64,000 bases of DNA from Octopus vulgaris (GCA_951406725.2 OX597837.1:12090001-12154000); one strand, 5' to 3'; positions 40,921 through 55,171 are shown, counted from the stretch's first letter. Notes: generated by a model not told the origin, from the letters alone. A program made the numbers and translations.

Positions 40921-42912
40921 ACTTGTGTAGAAGCTGTTTATAGGAATGCTTTCAGAAAGCATTTACGAACGTCTTGACAACCAGAATTTTCTGCCAGAAG
41001 AACAGAGATTGCAGGAAGAAGGCTGGAGGAACGCACGATCTTATTATGTCTAGACAAAGCAGGTGTAAATGAAGTAAACGTTAGAAATAGAAATCTAACA
41101 ATAACACGGAGAGAGTACAAAAGAGCCTGTGACATGATCGCACACTCATGGATGATTGAGTGCTTGAGTAGATTCGGTATAGCAGACGACATCAGAGAAT
41201 TAATTAGCTTTAGCATGAAGAAATGGAAAGTAGATGTCTACTCGGGTGACACGGCCTTGGGGAAGGTTAATATCAAGATAGGAATTTTCCAAGGACAATC
41301 GTTAACCCCTTTAATGTTTGTCTTATGTTTGATCCCCTTCAGTTTAGTATTAAGGAAGGAAAAAGCAGGGTACCAGTACAGAAATAGTAAGGGAACAAAT
41401 AACCATTTGCTCTACACAGATGATCTGCAGTAAGAATGAAAAAGAGATAGATTCCTTAATACAGACTGTAAGACTCTTCAGCCAAGATACAGGCATGGAA
41501 TTTGGCAGAGATAAGTGTGCAATATTAGTCATGAGAAGGGGAAAGGTAGTCAACAGCGAAGGCATCCAATTACCAGATGGCCAGACATTAAGATTATTAA
41601 AAGAAGGAGAGAGTTATAAGTATCTAGGTCTATTAGAATCTGACAGAGTACTAACTATAGAAATGGAAATGAAAATTGAGGAGTACATCAGAAGGGTGAG
41701 GAAGCTAATGAAGTCAAAGCTAAATGGTTCGAATCTAGCGGAAGGCTGTAAATACTTGGACAGTATCATTACTTATATTCTTCAGCTTTTGTAGATTGGA
41801 CAAAATCTGAATTAGTAACTCTAGACAGAAGGATTAAGAAGGAATTTAAGATGGCTGGAGGACTCCACCCAATGGTAGGAGTAGCAAAATTTTACCTACA
41901 TAGAAAGGAAGGTGGAAGAGGTTAATATCAGTAGAAGACTGCATGGGGTTAGATAAAGTAGATATAGACTCATAAGTAGGTAATAGTGAAAAATTTTTAT
42001 TAAAAGCTTCTAGAGTCACAGCAAGACATAGGGAAACCAAAAACACCAAACGAACTTAAAAACAGAAAAAACGAACAGAAATGACCTGACTGGTAGGAGA
42101 AGGCGTTGCATGTTAGATTCCTTAAGATAGTTTCAGCAAATAGTAGTAGTGAGACATGGTTATGGTTGCAGAAAGGAAAGCTGAAAAGGGAGACAGAAAG
42201 TTTGTTTGTAGCAGCACAAGATCAAGCATTAAGGACTAATTGGATAAACGCCAAGATAGACAAAAACCAAGTTGTTTCCCAATGTAGATTATGCAAATCA
42301 AAAGAGGAAAAGTGTTATTCATATAGTAAGTGAATGTAGCATGCTGGCACAGAAAGAATACAAGAAAAGACATGACAAGTAAGGGAGAGTAATCCACTGG
42401 GAGCTTTGTAGAAAACTGGGATTTGAACATACTGATGAATGGTATGAACATGAACCTAGTAAAGTACTAGAAAGTAGGAAATACAAGATGTTGTGGGACT
42501 TTAACATTCAGACTGACAAAGTAATAGAAGCTAGAAGGCTTGATTTAGTAGTAGTAGACAAAGAGAATAGAAAGTTCCAGGTAATTGATTTTACTGTCCC
42601 AAATGAAGAATAAATTAATATGAGAGGAATGGAAAAAATGGCAAAGTACCAGGACCAAGCTTACAGAGACTATGGAAAGTGCGGGTAAAATGCATCCCAG
42701 TAGTTATAGGTGCATTGGTAACTATCCCTAAAGATTTGAACAGATTCGATTGCGGAAATAGGCGTAAAACCCAGATTAGTACAGCTGTAGAAAACTGTTA
42801 TTAGGGACAGCTAAGCTGCTTAGGAGGGTTCTTGGCATCTAAGGTTATTTGTTGTAACCCGATATTAGTTTTTTTTTCTTTTCCAGCAATCTAATCTGTT
42901 CTGTGTGTATGA
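40921..42912 (+). mobile_element. Second, older R4/Dong-type LINE (RT + CCHC + RLE), many frameshifts
   Basis: HSWMIECL…GIFQGQSLTPLMFVLCL…HLLYTDDL; LKRETESLFVAAQDQALRTN…CRLC; RHD; PVVIGAL. Confidence 0.95.
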
Positions 42913-43212
42913 ATAACAATAACAACAACAACAACAACGACGATGATGATAATGATGATGATGATGATGATGATAGCAGCGATAACGATGAATGATTGCA
43001 AGAACAGATATGAGAGTTGAAGTGCTGTACTTATCTTTATTTCTTTACCTTGACATAACTGTTTATCAAATTGTTAAGGTTTAAAATAAGGTAACAGCAA
43101 CAACAACAACAACAGCAACATTAACAATAGCAACAACAACAACAATGATGGTAGCAGCATCAACAACAACAACGCCAATAGCAGCAGCAATAGTACTGTA
43201 GTAGCTGTAATA

Positions 43213-43642
43213 ATGATTTCAAATTTTTGCCCCAAAGGCAACTTGGGGGAGGGGATTAAGTCGATTACGTCGACCCCAGTGTGTAACTGGTACTTAATTT
43301 ATCGACCCCGAAAGGATGAAAGGCAAAGTCGACCTCGGCGGAATTTGAACTCAGAACGTAGCGGCAGACGAAATACCGCCAAGCATTTCGCCCGGCGTGC
43401 TAACGTTTCTTATTTCTTTATTACCCACAAGGGACTAAACACAGAGGGGACAAACAAGGACAGACAAAGGAATTAAGTCGATTATATCGACCCCAGTGTG
43501 TAACTGGTACTTAATTTATCGACCCCCGAAAGGATGGAAGGCAAAGTCGACTTCGGCGGAATTTGAACTCAGAATGTAGCGGCAGACGAAATACCACTAA
43601 GTATTTCGCCCGGCGTGCTAACGTTTCTGCCAGCTCGCCGCC
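43213..43642 (-). mobile_element. SINE family B head-to-tail dimer
   Basis: Two cores joined at aaagaaataagaaacgttagcacgccgggcg. Confidence 0.9.
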
Positions 43643-43894
43643 TTATCTTACGTATATTTTATAATAAAATTCTCTCTAAAGCAATTTCTGGTTGCATTGG
43701 AAGATGTATTAAGATTAAGATCGTCTTGAAGCCCCTAAAATTTTGGTAAAGGTTCCAGGGTTTTTGGAATATCGTATAAAGCATTCTGTGATCAAATAAT
43801 TTTGAGAATTATATAATAGTCACACGAAGCAGGAAACTTTTAGATCAGTTTAAATATGTTTGCCGTATATTTGATCTTTGAAAAGGCCATTTTC

Positions 43895-44370
43895 ACTGGT
43901 ATTTGCCATGGAGAAAATTCTTCGTTAAAAACACAGACTCTCGTCTCAGAGCGCCACCTGTGACCCGAGACATGCATTTCAAACTCGTTTGCTATCGTCA
44001 GTACCGGATACCAAGCAGGAAATGTCCGAAATGACCTTGAAACAAAAACATTCCTGATAGCACATCAGTATAAAATATTTACTGACTGAGAGCGACGTGG
44101 GCATGCTTGGACACATTATATAGTAAGAACGTGAAGCAGTGTTGTGAAATAAACACATTTTTAGGTAAGTTCAAATATGTTCGGGATAAATTTGACCCGT
44201 AAAAAGGTCATGTTCACTGTTGCTTGCCACGGAAAAGATTCTCGTTTTTTTTTTGGTAAAACGTATTTAAAAAAAACCAGTCATTTCAGAGCGCCTCATG
44301 TGGACCGATCCTTTCTGGTTCCTTAGCCATCATCAGCACCAGATACCAAGCGGGTCAACTCTGAAATGGA
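43895..44370 (-). repeat. Diverged ~335-bp tandem pair, each unit with a decayed type I HHR
   Basis: cagagcgcc at 43947/44287 and gataccaagc in both units; cores CTGACGA (43995-44001) and CTGATGA (44330-44336) on the minus strand, each followed by GAAA. Confidence 0.6.
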
Positions 44371-44679
44371 TTTTGGAGTTATTGCTTCTTTATATAGAAA
44401 AGCAGTGGAGAAGATCAGCTGATTAATTCTAGTATCTAATTCTCACTTTAGGCAACAGGTGTTAAAATGCCATCGGCACTAAGTTTGCGAACCCCTTCTC
44501 AAGGCCATGATTCCACTCGGGGACAATATAAGCCAAAATCTTCAGATCACATTCTACCGTCGTATTTTTTTTTAAATCACTCATCGTCGAGCTAGGACTA
44601 AACAACAACAGCAACAACAACAACAGACACTGCTCATACGTTAGTGTTACAACAGCGATTTTAGCAAGGCACTGAAACG

Positions 44680-45920
<1,241 letters not shown>

Positions 45921-46109
45921 CGGCAACGAATATCTTTGTTGATCCGCAATAACGATGAGCGTGCAAACAACCAACAAACACACAGCAAAACAAAAACACC
46001 AATCTCAGTCGCCATTGTTATGCTCCCACCGCCGATTGTTTTCCACAAAGACTTTTATTGAATAATGAATTTTAATTCAATTTATTTCTAATTAATATAA
46101 AAGAACACC

Positions 46110-46497
46110 TCTTCTTCCTTCTCTCTCTCTTTCTCTCTCTCTCTCTTTTATCTCTCACTCCTTTTATCTCCCACTCTTTTTCCCTTTTTCTTCCTATTTC
46201 TCCCTCTTTCTCTCTTTTTTCCCTTTCACTCTCCTCTTTTCTTTCTCTTTCTCTCACTCGTTCTGCTGCTCTTTCTCCAATGTTTTCTCACGTTTACTCA
46301 CCGTCTCCTTTTTCTTTCTCTCCTTCTTTTTCTCTCTTTCTCTCACTCTTTTCTTCCAACCATCCACCAACTCTCTCTTTATCTCTCTCTCTTTCTTTCT
46401 CTCTTTTTCTCACGGTGCCAAGTGAGCCACTCTCTTTCTTTCTCTCTTTTTCTCTTTCTTTCTCTCTTTCTTTATCTCTCTTTCTCTCTCTTTCTCG

Positions 46498-46531
<34 letters not shown>

Positions 46532-46642
46532 CTTTTTCCTTCCCTCTCTCAAGTGAGCCACTCTCTTTCTTTCTCTCTTTTTCTCTTTCTTTCTCTCTTT
46601 CTTTATCTCTCTTTCTTTATCTCTCTTTCTCTCTCTTTCTCG

Positions 46643-46676
<34 letters not shown>

Positions 46677-46890
46677 CTTTTTCCTTCCCTCTCTCTGCCC
46701 CCCCTCTCTCTTTCTTCCTCTCTTTCTTTCTCTCTTTTTCTCACGGTACCAAGTGGGCCACTTTTGGTAAGCAGAACTCTCTCTCTCTCTTTCTTCCTTT
46801 CTTTGTTTCTCTCTTTGTTTCTCTCTTTGTTTCTCTTTGTTTCTCTCTTTCTCTTTCTCTCTTTCTCCTCCCCTTTCTCTCTCTTTCATA
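46110..46890. repeat. Polypyrimidine (CT) tract with internal duplications
   Basis: caagtg(a/g)gccact recurs at ~46418, ~46550 and ~46750. Confidence 0.9.
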
Positions 46891-47296
46891 TCAATCAACT
46901 GCTTCACATGCAAAGTCGAACGAAGAAATAGAAATACAGAAAAACAAAAATGCTAAACAGAAACGAAAAACGAAACAAAGGCTGTAAACTTCATTGCAAA
47001 ATTAGAATTTATTCATGAGTAACAAAGCAGTGTTTAGTCTCTGCAAAACAAAGGACTGTTGTAAACAAAAAGAATTCTTTCTGGGAACGGTGTATCTTGA
47101 AGCAAATGAAGCTATAAAAAACAACGTGTAAAATATTGGGTATTACTGGTAACATGTAACCCAGTACAACCTGCTGCATGGTCGGGTCGTCGGCGACTAA
47201 ACCGGCAACCCCCGCCAAGCTTGCTTGGTGAGGGGGGCAATTTGGACAACACCCTGCGGAATGAAAAACAAAAAACCCATCAGAAGGCGGAGGAAC

Positions 47297-47351
<55 letters not shown>

Positions 47352-47355
<4 letters not shown>

Positions 47356-47886
47356 ATCCAAACAAGAAAACACAAAAAAACACAACAACGCGAGGACGTG
47401 GAACAAATATAGTATTATTGGACGCTCAGGAAAGAAGGAAAGAGGGAGGGTTTAACGTTTCGAGCGGAGCTCTTCGTCGGAAACATAGGAGAAGGAAAGA
47501 TCCAGAGAAGGGAAGACGGAGGGAAAAAAAAATCGCCAACGGTGCACACGAGGTCCAAGAGGAAGCCAAGGGGTGTGACGTGATGGCGGAGGCAGAAGAA
47601 GAAAGGTAAAAAAGGGCGAGGAAAAAGTACGAGGAAAAAGTACGATGAAAAAAAAGTGGTAGAGTCACGGACAAATTTTTTTTGATTTCCAATCACGATT
47701 TCAGTGGCGTACTCCGGAAGAATGGTAACAGTAATCCGTAGGTGTAAAAATCCAGGAATTGGTATCCAAGGCACTCAGAGGGCCGGGGTCCGTGTGAGCG
47801 TGCGGTATATAAAGTTAATCCAAACAAGAAAGCACAAAAAAACACAACAACGCGAGGACGTGGAACAAATATAGTATTATTGGACG
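47352..47886 (-). mobile_element. Partial-tandem non-autonomous Penelope-like/retrozyme element (462-bp unit + 73-bp repeat); HHR at 47450-47484
   Basis: gttaatccaaacaagaaa…tattggacg at 47352 and 47814; abuts (TA)n. Confidence 0.75.
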
Positions 47887-48463
47887 GTCTACATATACGC
47901 ACAAACAAGGTGGTGCAATTGCTGGTTATAATTGCACTGGTTATATATTAATAGCCGCTAACACACAATTATTGGTTATATTTGTCCAAGTGGTATATAT
48001 ATAGATATCTAACAAGCAATCCTTGGTTAAATAATTGTACAAGTTATATTTATACATTTAATAGATCGCCCCTGGCTATTATCGTACAGGTCATGCTTGG
48101 CATGTCAAGCAGTCGCTGTCGTTTATAAAAGGCAAATAGTTTCAAGTAATCGAAAAACTGACACAGAACATACTAACACTTCATGACTACAAAAGGTTTT
48201 CTTTTATTCAGTTTTAACTATGGAAACCGAAAGTTCCCAGTCATTTAAAAAAATGTATCAATTGACCCCTTTTATTACAGTTTTATTCTGGTGGATCTCC
48301 ATTCCCATTCCACGTTTAAAAACTAGTTTTATAAAAAACTTCATACAAAATCCGTATTTTGTTATTCACACATTCACTTGTGTAGGTTGAACTGTGTAAA
48401 ACATTAGGGGACGAATCCTAGCTGTTTCTTCCCCAAAAATACCAGTACATCCAAATACATACA

Positions 48464-48557
<94 letters not shown>

Positions 48558-48877
48558 TTCGCCACCACTTCTTGACAACCGGTGTTGGTGTGTTTACGTC
48601 CCCGGCAAAAGAATTCAAGAGTATAAGTACCAGGCTTAAAAAAAAAAAAAAACTATTATTCGACTTAAAATATTCCACAAAGCAGTGCCCCAACATGGCC
48701 GCAGTCCAATGAGTGAAAGTAACAGACGAGAGAAAGATATTTTTGTAATGAAATATTATTAATAGAACAGCTTTCTACCAAATCCACTCACAAGGATTTG
48801 GTCTGCCCAAGGCTATAGTTGAAGACACTTGCCCAAGGTGCCACGCAATGGGACTGAACCCGGAACCATGTGGTTGG

Positions 48878-49179
48878 CGACTATCGCGGGTAGTACGTTC
48901 CGAAACCCTCCGCGACAGGTGAAAATAAGCGAAGTAGAAACAGTACTGTATATATATTTTTATTACTCTTTTACTCTTTTACTTGTTTCAGTCATTTGAC
49001 AGCGGCCATGCTGGAGCACCGCCTTTAATCCAGCAACTCGACCCCGGGACTTATTCTTTTGTAAGCCCAGTACTTATTCTATCGGTCTCTTTTGCCGAAC
49101 CGCTAAGTTACGGGGACATAAACACACCAGCATTGGTTGTCAAGCAATGCTAGGAGGACAAACACAGACACACACACGC

Positions 49180-49238
<59 letters not shown>

Positions 49239-49560
49239 TATATATATATATATGTGTTTCTTTCAGTTTCCGTCTACCAAATCCACTCACAAGGCTTTGG
49301 TCGGCCCGAGGCTATAGTAGAAGACACTTGCCCAAGGTGCCACGCAGTGGGACTGAACCCGGAACCATGTGGTTGGTAAACAAGCTACTTACCACACAGC
49401 CACTCCTTTATATAATTTATATAATTTGTATATATTTATTTTATTATAACTGCAAAACAACACCACGGAGGAATCGACGTTAGCTTAATTAATAAACCGC
49501 GATGGGTGAACCGCGATGGGTGAACCGCGATGGGTGAACCGCGATGGGTGAACCGCGATG
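48878..49560. mobile_element. Tigger/pogo-like MITE remnant interrupted by a SINE; ends in a 14-bp tandem x4.7
   Basis: Left end cgactatcgcgg…ccgcgacaggtgaa; right end (aaccgcgatgggtg)n at 49495-49560. Family assignment is from memory. Confidence 0.5.
48964..49406 (-). mobile_element. SINE family A, full length
   Basis: Colinear with the other copies. Confidence 0.9.
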
Positions 49561-49649
49561 TAAATTGTATAAAATGTTACCTGGACTTCTGAAACAGGTG
49601 GGTGACCCTGAGATTTTTAATCGGATGGCAATCAGTTGGGAAGAGACGG

Positions 49650-50360
49650 GGGTAATGTGGTGTTGCTATTGTTTGTGTTGGTGGTGGTAATTGTGAAGGT
49701 GTTGATGGTGATAAGGGACGTCGGGGTGGTGGTTGTGGTGGTGGTGGTGGTGGTGGTGGTGGATGCAGTGGCGATAATGACGGTGATAATGGTGGCGATA
49801 AAATGGTGGTCTGTGGCGTTGATGGTGATAGTGGTGTTGGTGGCAGTGGTGGTGGTCGTAGTGGTGGTGACAGTGGCAGCGGCGACCGTGGTATTGGTTG
49901 GTGGTGATGGTGATGGTGATGATTGTGGTGGTGGTAGTGGCTATGGTGGTGGTAGTATTGGTGATAGTGGTGTTGTTGTTGGTAGTGGTGGTGGTGGTGG
50001 TGGTGGTGGTAGTGGTGATGGTAGTGGTGGTAGTAGTGGTGGTGGTGGTAGTGGCGATGGTGGAGGTGGTAGTGGTGGTAGTAGTAGTAGTAGTGATGGT
50101 AGTGGTAGTGGTGGTAGTGGCGATGGTGGTGGTAGTATTGGTGATAGTGGTGTTGTTGTTAGTAGTGGTGATAGTGGTGGTGGCGGTAGTAGTGGTGATG
50201 GTAGTGGTGGTAGTAGTGGTGGTGGTGGTAGTAGTGGTGATGGTGGTGGTAGTAGTGGTGGTGGTGGTAGTGGCGATGATGGTGGTGGTAGTAGTGGTGT
50301 TGGTAGTGGTAGTGGTCGCAGTAGTTGTAGTGGTGGTAGTAGTGGTGTTGGTGGTGGAGA
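49650..50360. repeat. (GGT/AGT)n block with an internal ~180-bp duplication
   Basis: ggtagtattggtgatagtggtgttgttgtt at 49951 and 50131. Confidence 0.9.
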
Positions 50361-50834
50361 TGAAAGAAGTCTCTCATAAATTGCTTTCGCTTCAATTTTC
50401 TTCTCCTTACACCTGTCTTTTCTCTCCCCACCCCCTTCCCGTTCCTCTCCCCGCCTTCTCCACCCGTCTTTCTTGTTCTTCCTTCCTTTCATCTCACCTG
50501 TACATTTTTCTCTGTGTGTGTGTGTATGTATACGTACACATATATATGTGTGTGTGTATGTGTGAGTGTGTGAATGTATGTGTGTGTGTGTTTTGTTGTT
50601 ATTTTGTTATCTGACCTTCGTTTTTTTTTTCACTTCTCACAAGGTTGACGTCTCAACGGGTCACTGTGAGAGTGTGTGAGTGTGTGTGTGTGTGTGTGTA
50701 TGTGTGAGATAGAGATAAAAATAGAGGTCGAGGGAAATGTTTATATAAATAGGAGTGGCTGTGTGGTAAGTAGCTTGCTTCCCAACCACATCGTTACGGG
50801 TTCAATCACTTTTGTGTATATATACATATATGTA

Positions 50835-51040
50835 AATACCCTTTTCCTTCCGGTCTTTCAAAATGTGACCTCGTGTGTACCCTTCTCTGGATCTTTCCTT
50901 CTCCTATGTTTCCGACGAAGAGCTCCGCTCGAAACGTTAAACCCTCCTTCTTTCCTTCTTTCCTGAGCGTCCAATAATACTATATTTGTTCCACGTCCTC
51001 TCGTTGTTGTGATTTTTGTGCTTTCTTGTTTGGATTAACT
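50835..51040 (+). mobile_element. Family M1 pLTR-like copy; minimal HHR at 50908-50942
   Basis: gttt-CCGACGA-a-gagc(tcc)gctc-GAAAC-GTT-aaac. Confidence 0.85.
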
Positions 51041-51045
51041 TTATA

Positions 51046-51105
<60 letters not shown>

Positions 51106-51285
51106 TACGACGGACTTCTTTCAGTTTCCGTCTACCAAATCCACTCACAAGGCTTTGGTCGCCAGAGGTTATTGTGGAAGACATTTGCCGAAGTTGCAAC
51201 GCAGTGGGACTGAACCCGGAAGCATGTTGTTGGAAAGCAAGCTTCTTAACACACAGCCACATCTGCGCCTATATATATATATATA

Positions 51286-51574
51286 TAACCGTGACCGACC
51301 AGGCTATCAGATGTTGCTATACATCGCTGGTCACAATGCGCTTCACATTGTTTTTAGCCTTCAAATGACGCCACCCCGCTGGCTAAGCGAGCAGGCCAAC
51401 AGAAGAAAGAGTGAGAGAAAGCTGTGGCGAAAGAGCATAGCAGGGATCGCCACCACCCCCTGCCGGAGCCTCGCGGAGCTTTTAGGTGTTTTTGCTCAAT
51501 AAACACTCACAACACCCGGTCTGGGAATCGACCACGAGTCCGCTGCCCTAACCACTGGGCCATTGCGCCTCCAC
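51286..51574 (-). mobile_element. SINE family C with alternative 3' module
   Basis: Same head as 28448 and 14458, different tail. Confidence 0.85.
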
Positions 51575-51696
51575 TTTATATATATATGCTTCTATGGGTA
51601 CAGGACGTTATCAATAGTAAACAACATGAAATACGGAGACAAATACGTTAAATACGCAAATAAAGAGAGAAAAAAGGCCAAGTAATACAAAGAACG

Positions 51697-51760
51697 ACCC
51701 TTCATCAGTTGTCGGCTGCCTATCTACTCCTTATTTCGAGCATTCAACGACAATATGAGG
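51697..51760 (-). ncRNA. Non-circularly permuted hammerhead motif, second family (P2), within TA-flanked element ~51588-51880
   Basis: Minus strand: cctca-UA-ttgtcg ttgaat gctc-GAAA-taagg agtagataggcagc cgacaa-CTGATGA-a-gggt. Confidence 0.65.
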
Positions 51761-53004
51761 TCTTCGAAGACGGTTGCTGCCATAAAAACCAAACTAAAAT
51801 TTAGGATTTATGGAGGGTCAAAGTTAGGGACAAAAGCAGGATAGTGGAGACATACAAGGAAACCGAACGAAAACAAAACATATATATTGGCTGTGTGATA
51901 AGAAGCTTGCTTCCGTACTGCACGGTTCCGGGTTCAGTCCCACTGCATGGCACCTTGGGCAAGTTATTGTAGTGTGGTGTTGATGGTGGAGGTATTCGGT
52001 GATAACAGTGAGGTGTCGTTGCGGTGACGGTCGTTGTGGTGGTGGTGGTGGTGGTGGTGTCGGTGGTAGTGTTGTTGATGCTGTTGCTGTTATCGTTATT
52101 GTTGTTGTTGTTATCGCTGTGGTTGTTTTTATTCTTGTTGTTGATGTGGTTAAGAAAGACATTGACTTTCTTGTTCCTCGGTCGTTAACCAAATTAACAG
52201 GTGTTACAAAGAAGGAAGATGTGAACCAGTAAGAAAGTGTGCACGTGTGATGGTATGTGTGTGAGTGTGTGTGTTTGTTTTTGTTTGCCTGTGAGTGAGT
52301 GTGTGTATGTGTTTGTGCGCATGTGTGAGTGCGTGTATGTGTGTGTGCGTTTGTGTGAGTGTGTGTATGTGTATGTGTGTGTGAGAGAGTGTGTGTCTGT
52401 ATGTGATTGTGCGCATTAGTATGCGTGACTGAGTATGTGTGTGTATGTGTGAGAGAGAGAGAGAGAAAGAGAAAGTGACAGAGAGAGAGGGGAAGTGATA
52501 GTGAGAGAGTGATAGAGAAAGAGAAAGGAGAGAAAGTGAGAGAAATAAGAGTGAAAGTAAAAGGGAGAGAAAGAGGATAGGAAAAGGAAAGTAACGAAGA
52601 GAAAGAGATACAAAGAAAGAGAGAAAGAGAAGGAGGAGGAGGAGGAGGAGAGTAAAGAAGAGAAAGTGATACAAAGAAAGAGAGAGGATAAGAGAGAGAG
52701 AGAGGGGGAAAAGAGAGTAAGAGAGAAAGAGTTGGGTTCAATTGATGGAACAATCGCACGCACGCACACACACACACACATACATAGACACACGTATGCA
52801 TAGACACAGCCATGCGCGCATACATACACGCATACATACACGCATACATACACGCATACATACACGCATACATACACGCATACATACACGCATACACGTA
52901 CACATATAAACACGTGCATATGACTGTATCCATTTATGTATGTATGGCTGGGTGTATGGATTTATGCAAGCATGCATGTATGTATACATGTATGCATGTA
53001 TGTA

Positions 53005-53381
53005 TTTCTGCCACCCCATCACCCCCTAACATCTGGCCACCTGACTCTCCAGACTGCAACCCCCTTGATTACTATGTGTGGGGCGCAGATGAGCAAAGTG
53101 AGAGACCAACAAAACTCCTTGCAACACCAAAGATGAACTGAAGGCAAGGATTATGGCAGCATTCACCAATTTAAACAAGGAGACGGTCCAGAAAGGTTGC
53201 AGGAGATTCTCAAGTCGTCTGGAGGCCGTGGTTGAAGTTAATGGCGATTTTGTTGAATAATTTTATTCTTTAGTATTTCAAGATATTTTTATGCAATTTT
53301 GGTAAATATATCTGTTAAAATGAGATGTCAGTGTTATTTTCATTTTTGCATAATTTAGGCGACAGTTCATTCACTGCACCC

Positions 53382-53383
<2 letters not shown>
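53005..53383 (+). pseudogene. Tc1/mariner (DD37D-like) transposase 3' part and right end
   Basis: PNIWPPDSPDCNPLDYYVWGA…RLEAVVEVNGDFVE*; ends in cactgcacccta before (TA)n. Confidence 0.85.
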
Positions 53384-53466
<83 letters not shown>

Positions 53467-53688
53467 ACATGTATATATGCATGTATGTATACACATAATT
53501 ATATGTTTATATACATTCATACACACACACACATATGCACAAAAACTAAAGCAAACACACACGTATACATATAGGTGATGAGGACAACAATATATATATA
53601 TATATGAACGCATGCGTGCATATATGTATACAAACACATTGACTTGCATACATACATAACATATATATTATACATATGTATGTATGCA

Positions 53689-53746
<58 letters not shown>

Positions 53747-54229
53747 CATACATACATACATACATACATACATACATACATACATACATACATACAAACG
53801 TGAACATACACATATTCTCAAACCCGCGCGCACACACACACGCACATATGGATGATGACGACAACGATGACAGCCTGAGGTGATTACCAGCTAGACACGC
53901 AGAAATTCCTTGACCACTTACTGACCAGCAGGTCTCAAGGCTATCACTGACGTGTAACGTTAATAGCAGTGTTGAGTACTTGTTAAAGGCACCGATTAAA
54001 GTGGTCAGCGGCCAGTTGTGGTCACTGGACAGAGCTGACGGTAGCAAATCACAGGCTGACATCACCTTTCGGACACACGGACAACCCCACCACCCGCCAC
54101 CTCACGCCGCATGCACTAATAAAAATCCTTTGTGAATGCCTTCACACACACGCGCGCGCGCGCACACACACACACACACACACAATCTCATGCACACACG
54201 CACACATATACACACGTTTAAATATGTGC

Positions 54230-54269
<40 letters not shown>

Positions 54270-54273
54270 GCAA

Positions 54274-54345
<72 letters not shown>

Positions 54346-54435
54346 GCAAACATACATATATATATATATATATATATGCATATATATATATATATATATA
54401 TATATACAAATTGAGATTTCTCCATTTTCTTATTT

Positions 54436-54475
<40 letters not shown>

Positions 54476-54686
54476 TACATACATATATGCATACATACAT
54501 ATGTATATAAATATATATATAGCAATAAGAAATAATATATATATAGCAATAAGGTGGTTCATCAACTTTTAAACTTGTTAACTTATTTATTTATTTACTA
54601 AACTGATAATTACAATAATATACATACATATAAAATATTATGCTTTACATATAAGATATAAAATATATTAATAAATAAGGATACCA

Positions 54687-54809
<123 letters not shown>

Positions 54810-54864
54810 GATAGATATTCACACACGCACAGACATACACACATATATATTATGTTAAATCGTC

Positions 54865-55042
54865 AACCCCCACACATTTTTTTCACTCTCCCCTTTTTCG
54901 TTCTCTCTCCTGCCTCTCTGTCGAAGAGCGTAGGCGCGAAACCTCAACCACCTTTCCATTCTTCCCGACCGTCAAACTAATACACCTACTTGTTATTCTC
55001 TCACCTATCTTCGTTTTTTGTTGCCTGTAAATTTGAACTAAT
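54865..55042 (+). mobile_element. Decayed M2-type pLTR-like copy
   Basis: CTGTCGA-a-gagcgtaggcgc-GAAAC at 54918; 3' end gtaaatttgaacta. Confidence 0.7.
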
Positions 55043-55069
55043 ACACACACACACACACACACACACACC

Positions 55070-55133
<64 letters not shown>

Positions 55134-55171
55134 TACATACATACATACATACATATCTATATATATATATA

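Noticed and set aside
49495-49560. CRISPR-like array
   Set aside because: 14-bp units are directly tandem with no spacers; eukaryotic MITE subterminal repeat
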